Origin: a virus
Virus genome (UHGV): UHGV-1366603
DNA: 64,000 nt
Direction: 5' to 3' (one strand)
Below are positions 46,861-56,474 of this stretch, piece by piece; position 1 is the first letter of the stretch, and each line of letters opens with the position of its first letter. A program made the translations under genes and the position numbers. The notes under the pieces were generated by a model. It searched no databases. It saw only the letters and a program-made list of their open reading frames with translations, and was not told where the DNA came from.

Positions 46861-48369
46861 ATGCAACAGTATTTTGAAATTCCGTCGTTAGACGCGACCA
46901 TTCGCAAACCAATAATCGATGGCGTTATACAACGTGTACTTAATGAATCAGGTATTGATAAAGCAGCGGTTGTTTTCCTCGATGAATTCAATAGCGCACA
47001 TCAGCCCGATTCCACGTTAGGCGACGGTACAGAAGTTGAGTACAGCTCGCCTGAAAAGGTGTATGTTGAAGTAGAAGAAGAACGCGATGAGTGGGCCAGA
47101 ATCAATCGTCAGGTTGGTCAGCAAGCCGAACCGTACTTCTTTGAAAACTCCGTCGATCAGGTGCGTGCCTGGCCCGTTAGAACGATGTATAACGTAACGG
47201 TAACGTTACGACGTACCAGTGCCTCGCGCGATGAGTTATTGCGCTGGACAAACCGTTTAGACTCGTTAGTGGACATGGGTCGGTATTCGACAATGACCGA
47301 GTCAGAAGCGTTTTATTATATTCCGAAGCCAGCACTGAAACTGTTGAATGCCTGCTATGTTGCCGCAGGAACTCGTGTACCGACGTTTGACGATTTTAAA
47401 GCCTATCTCAAAGCGTACTTTACCCCCGACGTGTTCCGCGCTGCTAACGTTGCCGGTGGTCAGGAATCTATTGCGGTACGCTATGCACCTACTCGCTTAG
47501 AGACTGTATACGACGTTCAGACACCTGCCTGGGATAAAGACGAGAACCACTGGGAAGCCACATTCGTTGTGCGTTTCTCTTATCAGCGTCCTGAAGAGAT
47601 TGTGGTTTCGTATCCGTATATCATCAACCAGACGCCGCTCCCTGATGAATACTGGCCAGAGATAGACCCACCGTGGGTGTCTAACGAAGAATTGGTGTAT
47701 CGTCATCCGCAACAAAAGAATCTCGATTCAACGTGGTGGATTAACGAAACCCGTCAGTATATTCGTTTACCGTATCTACTGTCACCGACAGAACAGTTCC
47801 ACCGTACACATTCCCCGTTAAAAGATAAACTCTTACACGTTTTCGGAACAGACGTTGTATTCGATGAAGACAACATGAGCTCACCGAAAGTGTTATCTGT
47901 GGAGGATTTACCGTACGAGTGGAATCCTGATTTGTTGCCGTATATCGAACACTGTCGTGCAATAGACCCTACCGGACAGACAGGTGTCTTCCGTGTGGAG
48001 TTGTTCGAAGAAGGCCAAATCATCGAACCGCGTTTCTATCATTGGGAAGACAATACCTTCTTTTTGAAAGGTCGTGATTTAAAAGTTAACAAGAGTTACT
48101 ACTTAACTGAATCGGTGATGTTCGACTGGCGAGGGATGAACCTGTGGCCACTCCAGCTTTATCCTAAAGCCGCGAAAGTGTTGATAGAATGGTTATTCCC
48201 GAAATGGGATGTACCGGACTGGTGGTGGGATAAACCCGTATTACCGCCGAGTGTTATCGACGACATTAATAAACTGATTCCTAACGTAGAAGCCCGCGTC
48301 TTGCTGACGGTGCTGAACTCGACCGTGATTACCATGCGAGGGACAGAGAATGCTCAAAGCGAAGCGTGA
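46861..48369 (+). CDS. hypothetical protein, 502 aa
   Basis: aaggaacaagcc RBS before ATG. Confidence 0.8.
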   Translation: MQQYFEIPSLDATIRKPIIDGVIQRVLNESGIDKAAVVFLDEFNSAHQPDSTLGDGTEVEYSSPEKVYVEVEEERDEWARINRQVGQQAEPYFFENSVDQVRAWPVRTMYNVTVTLRRTSASRDELLRWTNRLDSLVDMGRYSTMTESEAFYYIPKPALKLLNACYVAAGTRVPTFDDFKAYLKAYFTPDVFRAANVAGGQESIAVRYAPTRLETVYDVQTPAWDKDENHWEATFVVRFSYQRPEEIVVSYPYIINQTPLPDEYWPEIDPPWVSNEELVYRHPQQKNLDSTWWINETRQYIRLPYLLSPTEQFHRTHSPLKDKLLHVFGTDVVFDEDNMSSPKVLSVEDLPYEWNPDLLPYIEHCRAIDPTGQTGVFRVELFEEGQIIEPRFYHWEDNTFFLKGRDLKVNKSYYLTESVMFDWRGMNLWPLQLYPKAAKVLIEWLFPKWDVPDWWWDKPVLPPSVIDDINKLIPNVEARVLLTVLNSTVITMRGTENAQSEA

Positions 48370-49720
48370 TAAGCCGTCAACATTTGAACCCGTAGACCGG
48401 CCTATCCCCGAGTTAAATAAACCCCAGGACGGCGTAAAAGAAACCACCAATATCGTTACGCAACCCACCCGTACCACCGTTACTGATTTAGACCGTATTC
48501 CAAAGCAATACCTAATGAAGTATCTGGAAGGGTCAGCGTGGACGGTGGACTTCTTTAACTTCCTGAAAGGAAGAAACGACGCCAAGAAGTTTTTCGATTC
48601 GAAAGTGCTTACACCTGACCAACAGGTGGAGAAAATCATCGGGTTGGAACTGCGTGTAACGACACCGCTCGATCGTAGCCAAGACACCACGAACAAAACG
48701 TTCAGCATGTCAGGCGCTGCAACAATTGCAAACTCGATTATCCCTAACGAGGGTTGCTTTTTCATCGCCCCTATTGGTGATGGTCGTTTTGCGTTGTTTA
48801 ACGTTACCAACGTTGTGCGTATGTCGAATAACAAAGTCGCGACGTACAACATCGAATACACGTTACTTTTCGAAGTTGACCCAGAAACCGCAGAAACGAT
48901 TCGTCGTTGCACCGTACGTGAATACTACTACGTTGCAGAGCGTGCCTGGACAGGCGGTGATACACTTCTCACACCGAAAGAGTACCGCGCGTTCCTGGAA
49001 GTCGTTGACGCGATTGAAGATATTGAACAGACGTATGTGAAACGTTTCTACGACGGTGAAACGGCCACGTTGTTGTTCCCACACGATCGGCACAGTGACG
49101 GTTTGCGTAGCCGTGCTTACTACGACGTGTTCTTAGCGCTGTTTGTGCGCGCGCTGGGGTTACGTACCGTAGGTAAGGATATTCAGATTTATCCACATCC
49201 GCCGATGAACGTGGAGGATATTGAAACGGTGTGGACAGCGCTGCTGCAACAGTCGCCAACGTTCTTAGCAGATTACAAACGTGACAGTTCGGTGTGGCAA
49301 ACGAAAACTTTCCGTACGATGCAACATCGTAACTCGGTAACGTGGTCGCTGATTTCCGACACCCGATTCTTTACGGAAGAGTTAAAGCCAGGTTATGGGA
49401 TGGCGCAACGTTTCCCTGGCCAGTGGCCAGAATGGAAACCGTTTGAACCGGTTGAAGTTGAAAACTATCGTGGGAACGAAGGAGAGTCTATACCGGCCTT
49501 CTTACCGTTATCCTTTAAACCGTATCTGTTGAGCGAGACGTTCTACGACGGTTCTTACAGTTCGTTGTTGGAATACGGCTTGTACTTGTACCTGCATAAA
49601 CGTCCGCTACCGTCGGTAATTGCGTTAAAACTGTTTGAGGAAGTTTATAAGCTCCCGAAAGACGCACAGTTCTATTACATTCCGATGGTGTATCTGCTTT
49701 TAAGATATTCGAGGGATTAA
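48350..49720 (+). CDS. hypothetical protein, 456 aa
   Basis: Overlaps the upstream gene; gagggacagag RBS. Confidence 0.8.
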   Translation: MLKAKRDKPSTFEPVDRPIPELNKPQDGVKETTNIVTQPTRTTVTDLDRIPKQYLMKYLEGSAWTVDFFNFLKGRNDAKKFFDSKVLTPDQQVEKIIGLELRVTTPLDRSQDTTNKTFSMSGAATIANSIIPNEGCFFIAPIGDGRFALFNVTNVVRMSNNKVATYNIEYTLLFEVDPETAETIRRCTVREYYYVAERAWTGGDTLLTPKEYRAFLEVVDAIEDIEQTYVKRFYDGETATLLFPHDRHSDGLRSRAYYDVFLALFVRALGLRTVGKDIQIYPHPPMNVEDIETVWTALLQQSPTFLADYKRDSSVWQTKTFRTMQHRNSVTWSLISDTRFFTEELKPGYGMAQRFPGQWPEWKPFEPVEVENYRGNEGESIPAFLPLSFKPYLLSETFYDGSYSSLLEYGLYLYLHKRPLPSVIALKLFEEVYKLPKDAQFYYIPMVYLLLRYSRD

Positions 49721-49721
49721 T

Positions 49722-50261
49722 GTGTCAGTGAAACGTAGTGCAGCGTTTATGCTGTTCCATAAGTGGGTAGCATGGCGTGTCCCTGAATGGACAACCATCA
49801 CCCAGTATATGTCGCAAGAACACGGATTGTTCTTGCCGGATGACGAAAAGAAAGCACGAGCGATTTTGTTGAACAAGAAAACGGTGTATATGCGGCCATT
49901 TGAAGTGGCGGTGTATGCTGAGACCGGTGCTGCGTTAGATGTTCATGATCCGAACGACGGTATTATCGTTTACGGGTATATCATGGAACACCTGGCAGAT
50001 TGGTTACATTACATGCAAGAACCTCACCTGACGACGCGTAAAGTGCCGATAGAAGGACTACGTCAGTTCAACGCCTTAGCATGTAAACTCTTTCCTGTTG
50101 CTAACCGTTACGGTTACTTTAAGAAACCGGAAGTGACGATGGCGACGTCGGTACAAGCGTTATTTGGAGAGGTGCGTTTAGAAACGCAGCAACACCGTTT
50201 TAACGATACGATAATGCGACGTATAGAAGCGATTTATCGTAAAAGGGGAGGTATACTGTAA
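49722..50261 (+). CDS. hypothetical protein
   Basis: GTG start with gaggga RBS. Confidence 0.7.
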   Translation: MSVKRSAAFMLFHKWVAWRVPEWTTITQYMSQEHGLFLPDDEKKARAILLNKKTVYMRPFEVAVYAETGAALDVHDPNDGIIVYGYIMEHLADWLHYMQEPHLTTRKVPIEGLRQFNALACKLFPVANRYGYFKKPEVTMATSVQALFGEVRLETQQHRFNDTIMRRIEAIYRKRGGIL

Positions 50262-51580
50262 TGTCGTTTGGTCGGTTACAGAACATAGCAAACGTGCACA
50301 TTGCACAAGCGGCGGGATTACCGGCCATCGAATACGTACCTATCATTACGGTACGTGGTACAGTTATCAGCGTATTTAAAACGTTGTCGATAATCCATGC
50401 CAGTAACTTCGCACAGGACTTAACGACCATCACCCATCTTACCGTGATGATACCGTTGAGCCAACAGCGTGTGTTAACGTCCTCCGCAGACGGGGATTTG
50501 TCCGTGAAGATCTTAATGCGGACGATGAACAAGAAAACCGTTGCGAAACTCGACTATCGGGGTATCGTCGTGAACAACCACGATCCCGATATGGAATCGC
50601 CCACGATGTTCTTAGGTGAGTCTGACCAGAAAGCGTTAGCGGTCGTCACCCTGGAACTGATGGACGAGTCAATGTGGTTCTTACGTTGCCGTCAGGTCGG
50701 TGGGATTTATCACGAGACAGATGGCCTTAGCGTTGTTCGTGCGCTGCTGGCAGATACGTTACCTACCGGTGATGCGCCAGAAGGTCAGTTGGTGGGCGTG
50801 GAATACGAGGAAGAGGAGCAACAACCGTATCGGGATATTTTGATTCCTGACTCGGAAAGTTTCCTGTCTGTGTTCGATTACCTTCAGAATCGTTACGGGG
50901 TTTATAGCCAAGGATTGGGGGTGTTCCTTTACAAACACCGTTGGTATATTTTCCAACCTTGGGACTCTAAGAAGTTTTCATCAGCGAAGAATAAGCTGGT
51001 GATTATAAACCTACCGAAAGAGAAAGCAGCGTATCTGAATAAGACCTGCCACATTGACGGTGATGTGATTTACCTGATTTGTGGGGGTGATGTCCACACC
51101 TTCGAAGATAAAGACTCCTTAGCGCTAAACCAAGGTACCGGTTATCGTGTGGGGTCTATCCGTGCGTTGGATGGTCGTGCGTCCTCGTTCTCGTCAGGCG
51201 ACGTTTCTGCTACAACGTCTGATTCGTTCGTCTCAGCGGCTGACCCGACGCAATATCCAGGCGGCGTAGTTAACGCACCAATTGACCCGAACCAACACTT
51301 CTCGGACACAGATAAACCGCAACGGTCTAAGTTAGCGGCGGCGAAAGGGACGTTAACCGCAACAACCTGGAACGCTTCAACGTATGGCTTACTCCGTCCG
51401 GGGATGGCAGTAAAATACATTTATGCGAATAACTATGGTGTATACACGCGTTACGGAACATTAGTTGCAGAAGTTTTCCAAGGTGCAATTGATGGCGGTT
51501 CAGCGGCTTCACCACGGTTTAATACCATTAGTCAGTTGACGTTGTGGCTGACTAATGAAAATTTTACATCCACAACGTAA
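50261..51580 (+). CDS. hypothetical protein, 439 aa
   Basis: TAATG overlap with the upstream gene; aaaggggagg RBS. Confidence 0.8.
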   Translation: MSFGRLQNIANVHIAQAAGLPAIEYVPIITVRGTVISVFKTLSIIHASNFAQDLTTITHLTVMIPLSQQRVLTSSADGDLSVKILMRTMNKKTVAKLDYRGIVVNNHDPDMESPTMFLGESDQKALAVVTLELMDESMWFLRCRQVGGIYHETDGLSVVRALLADTLPTGDAPEGQLVGVEYEEEEQQPYRDILIPDSESFLSVFDYLQNRYGVYSQGLGVFLYKHRWYIFQPWDSKKFSSAKNKLVIINLPKEKAAYLNKTCHIDGDVIYLICGGDVHTFEDKDSLALNQGTGYRVGSIRALDGRASSFSSGDVSATTSDSFVSAADPTQYPGGVVNAPIDPNQHFSDTDKPQRSKLAAAKGTLTATTWNASTYGLLRPGMAVKYIYANNYGVYTRYGTLVAEVFQGAIDGGSAASPRFNTISQLTLWLTNENFTSTT

Positions 51581-51612
51581 GTTATGTCGACAGCAACCTA
51601 AAGGATTTGTTA

Positions 51613-52413
51613 ATGAGCAATTTACTTACTTTCCGCATGTCTGGTCAAACGTTAATGCAGATTGACGAGTACGAAAAAGAACATTTCGCTAAACCGTCCA
51701 AACTGTTAGAACGTTGCTTAAAGGTTATTCCAGGCGGCGAGCATTGTCAGCTAGATTTCGTCATGGCGTCTTCTGCTGACAAAACGGTCTCTGTTATCTA
51801 CACGGTTGACGGAGTACAGGGCCATCGCTTATTACCGATTGAAGAAAAAGGTTCTTTGGGTAATTTGTTGTTCTTGCACGCAATCACGACAGCGGTAGTG
51901 ACGGGTGCACTGGAAGCACAGTACGGTTTCGCGTATTGCTATTTCTACGCACAGAAACTGGCGAATGCGGTAGTTCCAGGGGAGCCGGAAACGTATCCGA
52001 AGTATATCGAACGTTTGCTTCCGACACACTTTGCTGAGTCTGACGACTATGAGTTCAATGCTTTCCGTTTCACGATGATTGGCGAAGCACGCGATCCTGA
52101 AAACACCATCGCGTTACGTGCTGTTGTTCGTTACGCGGTAATTTCGTCTGACAGCGGAATGGCAAGCAACTTCAACGAAGTGTTCCCGGTTATGCAACTA
52201 GGTCCGTATATCACGTTTAACGCGTACGTACCGTTTACTTGTCAGTTAATCGGCCCGCAGGATAACGATTCTATCCTCCCGATTACTGAAGAGAAAGGTC
52301 TGCATATTCGTGACGCCGTAGAAGTCATCAACGATAAACGTTTTACGATCTCATCGAAAAGCGGCATTGCTGATGAAGAACTTGCGGTCGTGAACAAAAT
52401 GCAAGTGATGTAA
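51613..52413 (+). CDS. hypothetical protein
   Basis: Track start TTG 51607; ATG 51613 with aaagga RBS preferred. Confidence 0.8.
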   Translation: MSNLLTFRMSGQTLMQIDEYEKEHFAKPSKLLERCLKVIPGGEHCQLDFVMASSADKTVSVIYTVDGVQGHRLLPIEEKGSLGNLLFLHAITTAVVTGALEAQYGFAYCYFYAQKLANAVVPGEPETYPKYIERLLPTHFAESDDYEFNAFRFTMIGEARDPENTIALRAVVRYAVISSDSGMASNFNEVFPVMQLGPYITFNAYVPFTCQLIGPQDNDSILPITEEKGLHIRDAVEVINDKRFTISSKSGIADEELAVVNKMQVM

Positions 52414-52419
52414 AATTAT

Positions 52420-52457
52420 CCCGTTACCTTTGTGGGTAACGGGATGTCCTTTTATTT
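52420..52457 (+). terminator. intrinsic terminator
   Basis: cccgttacc-tttgtg-ggtaacggg hairpin with a T-run (ccttttattt) shortly downstream. Confidence 0.7.
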
Positions 52458-52576
52458 ACTCGTAAACGCGTCTTAGACGTTGTTTTACACCTTAAGACGA
52501 TTAATGGTGTTTAAAAAATAAAAGGTCGTCAGAATGCGATACAGCGCGTTTTAGAGGGTGTTTTAATTAAAATATT

Positions 52577-52592
52577 TTCAGATATATATTAC
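52577..52592 (+). promoter_or_regulatory. promoter-like motif TTCAGATATATATTAC
   Basis: Contains TATATTAC, which I recall as the phiKZ early-promoter core; about 58 nt upstream of the small gene at 52650. Confidence 0.5.
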
Positions 52593-52649
52593 TTAGGTGA
52601 GAGAATTACGTAATACTCATTTATCGAATACCTAATTAGGAGCTATATC

Positions 52650-52793
52650 ATGATTTCTGTAAAACACAAAAAAGCTATCTTCGCTGTTGTTATCGCTGTT
52701 GTTCTGGGTTGCCTGTACCTGGATATCGACAAAGGCTACGACACTTGCATCGACAACGGTAACTCCGTTGCGCAGTGCACTGGTCGTGGTTAA
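52650..52793 (+). CDS. small hydrophobic protein, 47 aa (not in ORF track, below its length cutoff)
   Basis: TAGGAG RBS; MISVKHKKAIFAVVIAVVLGCLYLDIDKGYDTCIDNGNSVAQCTGRG; host-optimal codons; own promoter-like motif and terminator. Confidence 0.6.
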   Translation: MISVKHKKAIFAVVIAVVLGCLYLDIDKGYDTCIDNGNSVAQCTGRG

Positions 52794-52800
52794 TGTATAA

Positions 52801-52828
52801 GGCACCTTCGGGTGCCCTTAATTTTTTA
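52801..52828 (+). terminator. intrinsic terminator
   Basis: ggcacc-ttcg-ggtgcc hairpin followed by a T6 run. Confidence 0.85.
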
Positions 52829-52847
52829 TCTATTGGAGTATTTTTAA

Positions 52848-53663
52848 ATGAAAACTATCAAAGACTATTTTCCGACCGGCATCAGTAGCGACCATTTCGT
52901 ACCAGCGGATTCGATGGAAATCATCAGTAAGTCCAGTAGCGGTGAGTTTGTTATTTACCTAACTAATGTAGGAGGTAGACCGAGTTTCATTCTCCTCGAG
53001 CCTAAAGAAGTAAGTGTCTGTACGGTTGCTGTAAATGTTTCTTGCAGCCTTAGCTGGTTGAAGTCCAGATTGCTACGCTTGCTCGTGGTTAATACTGACC
53101 CAGTAGTACGCTTAGAGCGATTAAAAGCAATGAATGAAGTTATCCTGGGTTTTCTGCTACATCCTATTTACGGTAACCCTAAAGTCGCAGAAGCAATACA
53201 AAACGTACAGTTGGTGGAGTGGAGTGATATTGACTACGAGCGTGCCTCCGAATTTGTATTACAGGCAGACGACAACACCGGTGTGTTCTCACGAACGTTA
53301 GATAATGTAACGGTAACTGCACGTGTGTTGTTTGGTTTACAGCGCGTAGAGTTTGAATTGAAACACGTCTACGTGAGCAATAAACCGGAGATGGTGGAAA
53401 CGTTGATTCGTGCGTTCGCATACCCGTTAGATGGTGAATGGGAACAGCAGATTAATGATGCGTTAGGAGCCATGCATTTCCTGGCTGAAACGTTAAGGAA
53501 GGATGAGAAATTGAAAGGTCGTGTTTATCCAGAACACGATTTTGTTTGTGAAGAATGTGGAGCACAGTATCAAATCCGTGTTCCTTTAACCGGCCTAACA
53601 TTCCCGCAAGCCAACGTGCAATGTAAGGAATGTGGCCATGTTCAATACGTAGCGATTAAATAA
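52848..53663 (+). CDS. hypothetical protein with C-terminal zinc-ribbon-like CxxC...CxxC
   Basis: ttggag RBS; CEECGAQYQ...CKECGHVQY near the C-terminus. Confidence 0.8.
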   Translation: MKTIKDYFPTGISSDHFVPADSMEIISKSSSGEFVIYLTNVGGRPSFILLEPKEVSVCTVAVNVSCSLSWLKSRLLRLLVVNTDPVVRLERLKAMNEVILGFLLHPIYGNPKVAEAIQNVQLVEWSDIDYERASEFVLQADDNTGVFSRTLDNVTVTARVLFGLQRVEFELKHVYVSNKPEMVETLIRAFAYPLDGEWEQQINDALGAMHFLAETLRKDEKLKGRVYPEHDFVCEECGAQYQIRVPLTGLTFPQANVQCKECGHVQYVAIK

Positions 53664-53669
53664 AAGCAA

Positions 53670-53712
53670 CCCCTAATCCCGAAAAGGATTAGGGGTACAC
53701 TTTATTTATTTT
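53670..53712 (+). terminator. intrinsic terminator
   Basis: 10-bp stem cccctaatcc/ggattagggg followed by a T-rich run. Confidence 0.85.
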
Positions 53713-53737
53713 CGCTCTTAAAAAAGGAAATTGTGTC

Positions 53738-53893
53738 ATGAAGAATGTTAATGCAATGCTTAACCAGTCATTTGTTAACCAACAGCGTTTTCAGGAACGC
53801 TTAGCACAACTTAAAACACAACACAGACCGCCACAACAAAGAGTGGTTAAGAGCAAGTTTGGCGAAATGGTTTTCGAAAGAAAATCTTTCTAA
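53738..53893 (+). CDS. hypothetical small protein, 51 aa
   Basis: aaaaaggaaa RBS; ORF MKNVNAMLNQSF...; its own terminator follows. Confidence 0.5.
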   Translation: MKNVNAMLNQSFVNQQRFQERLAQLKTQHRPPQQRVVKSKFGEMVFERKSF

Positions 53894-53902
53894 TAACCGT
53901 TA

Positions 53903-53929
53903 AGGGGGTGTGACAGCACCCCCTTTTTT
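53903..53929 (+). terminator. intrinsic terminator
   Basis: gggggtg-tgacag-caccccc hairpin followed by a T6 run. Confidence 0.8.
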
Positions 53930-54052
53930 ACGCTTTAACTTTTCCAAAGAGAAGTTAAAGCAAGGTACGCTGCCACAACAGCGTACCTTTTACAACACCA
54001 TTACGTTTCCGTAATGGATTTCTTTAATCACCCTACAAAGAGGGCTTATACC

Positions 54053-54226
54053 ATGAACAATGGTTACTACTTTACTGACAAAATGCTTGCAGAACAGTAT
54101 GCAGCAAAAACCAATTTACAGCAACGTATCTACGAGTATAGTCAACTCGGCGTGAATAAACGATTAAAACCATCCACCAACCGTTTCACACAGATAATCA
54201 CTGAAAAAAGGAGCGAACGCTACTAA
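54053..54226 (+). CDS. hypothetical small protein, 57 aa
   Basis: Track ORF 54014..54226; ATG 54053 with gaggg RBS preferred. Confidence 0.5.
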   Translation: MNNGYYFTDKMLAEQYAAKTNLQQRIYEYSQLGVNKRLKPSTNRFTQIITEKRSERY

Positions 54227-54234
54227 CTAATACA

Positions 54235-54254
54235 GGGGGTGCACTACCACCCCC
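54235..54254 (+). terminator. putative terminator hairpin (weak T-tract)
   Basis: gggggtg-cactac-caccccc hairpin; a T10 run lies about 45 nt further downstream. Confidence 0.35.
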
Positions 54255-54361
54255 TACTTGGTTCAGTAGTTGACTTTCGTTCATAATTATTAGATGTCTT
54301 GTTTTTTTTTTGCTTTTCGGGACGCATAAGGGGTCGTAGGGGGAGCCGAAGCTCCCCAGAC

Positions 54362-55924
54362 TCAAAAGAGTTCGTCTCCCATACCGCCTGTAAAGACGTT
54401 AATCGACGATGCAGTTACTGTTTCTTCTTTATCGCAATCCCAAGGCAGAATGCCAACTTCACGGAAAGGTATTACTGTATAATGGTAAGCTTCTTTAGTA
54501 TCGATAATTGTACGGTGTTTACCACGTTGTACTTCTAAGTAACTATGTCCATTGACAACACGTTTGTTAAAATACATCTCACCGTCAGCTTCGTTATCCA
54601 AGCTGGAGCAGTTATCGTAAAGACCGCGACCTGGTAAGTTCTTGCAGAAACTTGCTGGGTCTAACGCTTTTAATTTTTTGCCTTCTGGTGAGATTTGGTG
54701 TGGTGCTAACAAGAAACCACGGTTACGTACTACCTGGATGTTTCGAGCGATACGATAAATTTCTTTAATGTCGCTACCGGCAATCCCGTTACCGTGACCT
54801 GCTTTACTGATAGTCCCGAAATAGTCTCCGCGAATCCCAGCTACATGATAACCTCGACGCTTTAAGTCCAGTATTAAGTCGTTTAAGTAGTGTATTTTAA
54901 AATCTGAGTTTGTGTGTTTCTGAAAGATGTATTCCCAACCGTTAGCCCGCATTTTACTACAGAGGTAGTCCGACATTTTTGTGTTGTGCAAAGCTTTCTC
55001 TTCGTCGGTAGCGTTTTCAGAAGCAACCATAACCGGTGCTTCACCTTCAAAATGACCGTAGAGCGCTTGGTACGCATACGCCAAGTTAACGTCCAGTTCG
55101 TTCTCTAAACTTAAATCGAGAATAACCGGCTGCAAATCCCCTTTAACGTTTTCCATTACTTTTTCAGGTGTATTGAATACCGGAATACTGATAGACAATA
55201 ACAGACTAAAAAGTGATTTACAGTTAAAAGGCAGTGCAGGCATTAGCCAAAGTTCTTCGGTAATCCCTTTGTTACAACCCAGCATCTGGTTAATGGCTTT
55301 CCATCCGGTACGTAAACCGTTACCCGCCGCTTTCTTACTGATGGAGTCGAACACGTGTACGAACGGTGCACGGTTATCCGTAATAAGTTCGCCTACAAGT
55401 GAGGGAATCTTATTATGAGAGCGTTCACTGAACGTAGAGAGACTATCTCTGAGGTCGTTGAGCGCCGTTTGTAAATCAACGCGCGTTTCGGTTCCGTTCA
55501 GTGCGCCTAACGTACGACCTAATTTTTGTTTCAGTTGTACGCCTTGAATAGCTTGACGTAATTGGAAGTAGTATTGTGCTACTTGACGGTTAAGATGCTC
55601 GATGCGTGCTTCTGGTTCTTCTGGAATATCATCTTCCAGGAATTTGGTAATCGTATCGTATAGAGGACGTATTTGCGTAGTGGCCAATTTCAAACGTTTC
55701 ATGACGTTTGTGTGGTCGTAAGGCATACCGCCGTCTATGATGGATGTGATGATATCCTTGATTTCGACGAGGGCGGCACGTTCGTCACCTTCCTCTACGT
55801 AATCAGGAAGCTTAGCCTCTAACAGCACTTTTCTTATGACCTCATGATCCTTCTCAGGGTCGGTCAACAGACTTTCAGTGTATAGTGTGGCTAATGCGGT
55901 TATCAACATCATTTTGTTATTCAT
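54362..55924 (-). CDS. hypothetical protein, 520 aa
   Basis: Minus-strand ORF with AAGGA RBS and a hydrophobic N-terminus (MNNKMMLITALATLY). Confidence 0.8.
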   Translation of the reverse strand: MNNKMMLITALATLYTESLLTDPEKDHEVIRKVLLEAKLPDYVEEGDERAALVEIKDIITSIIDGGMPYDHTNVMKRLKLATTQIRPLYDTITKFLEDDIPEEPEARIEHLNRQVAQYYFQLRQAIQGVQLKQKLGRTLGALNGTETRVDLQTALNDLRDSLSTFSERSHNKIPSLVGELITDNRAPFVHVFDSISKKAAGNGLRTGWKAINQMLGCNKGITEELWLMPALPFNCKSLFSLLLSISIPVFNTPEKVMENVKGDLQPVILDLSLENELDVNLAYAYQALYGHFEGEAPVMVASENATDEEKALHNTKMSDYLCSKMRANGWEYIFQKHTNSDFKIHYLNDLILDLKRRGYHVAGIRGDYFGTISKAGHGNGIAGSDIKEIYRIARNIQVVRNRGFLLAPHQISPEGKKLKALDPASFCKNLPGRGLYDNCSSLDNEADGEMYFNKRVVNGHSYLEVQRGKHRTIIDTKEAYHYTVIPFREVGILPWDCDKEETVTASSINVFTGGMGDELF

Positions 55925-55937
55925 GGAGCATCCTTAA

Positions 55938-56462
55938 ATGCAAATTCGTTTTAGTCCACCGTGGGAAGTTCAGCCTAACATAGATAAAGGCGCTGCCGTT
56001 AAAAGTGTAGAATTGCTCCAGGCAGGGTTCTTTAACTGGTTATATGACTGTCCGAATGGTTTCAGTTCTATCATTATACCTGAAGTAAGTCGTTCTGCTA
56101 TTTATAAAGCGTTGATGGCTCCGCCTGTGCTTCCAGGTAAATATTATGATCAGGTGTTACGTCTGGTCGAATCAGGCGAAAAGGTTTCCCTTGACGATTT
56201 ATATGGGGAAACAATTCCTTGTCGCTTACGCTGGGTCTTTACCCAACGTGGTGATACGATTGTGGCGTCATTTGCAGAAGCGAAGTCCGGTTCGGGTTTT
56301 TCTTCGGGTGAAGACCACGCTGCGAAAAAGATGTTCTGCGCAGAACTTTTTAAATATATGCGTACCAAGACTCGCGTCGTGGATGACTGCTTCAGTACCT
56401 CAACGCAGTTTGCCGCTAACGAAGTGCTGACGCAATTATACGCATGTCATTTATCTCATTAA
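55938..56462 (+). CDS. hypothetical protein
   Basis: GGAG RBS inside the 13-nt divergent spacer. Confidence 0.8.
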   Translation: MQIRFSPPWEVQPNIDKGAAVKSVELLQAGFFNWLYDCPNGFSSIIIPEVSRSAIYKALMAPPVLPGKYYDQVLRLVESGEKVSLDDLYGETIPCRLRWVFTQRGDTIVASFAEAKSGSGFSSGEDHAAKKMFCAELFKYMRTKTRVVDDCFSTSTQFAANEVLTQLYACHLSH

Positions 56463-56474
56463 GGTATTAAACAA

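Noticed and set aside
46861-48369. Thymidylate synthase adjacent to the DHFR gene
   Set aside because: Neither the 502-aa downstream protein nor the small flanking ORFs show ThyA or ThyX signature motifs.
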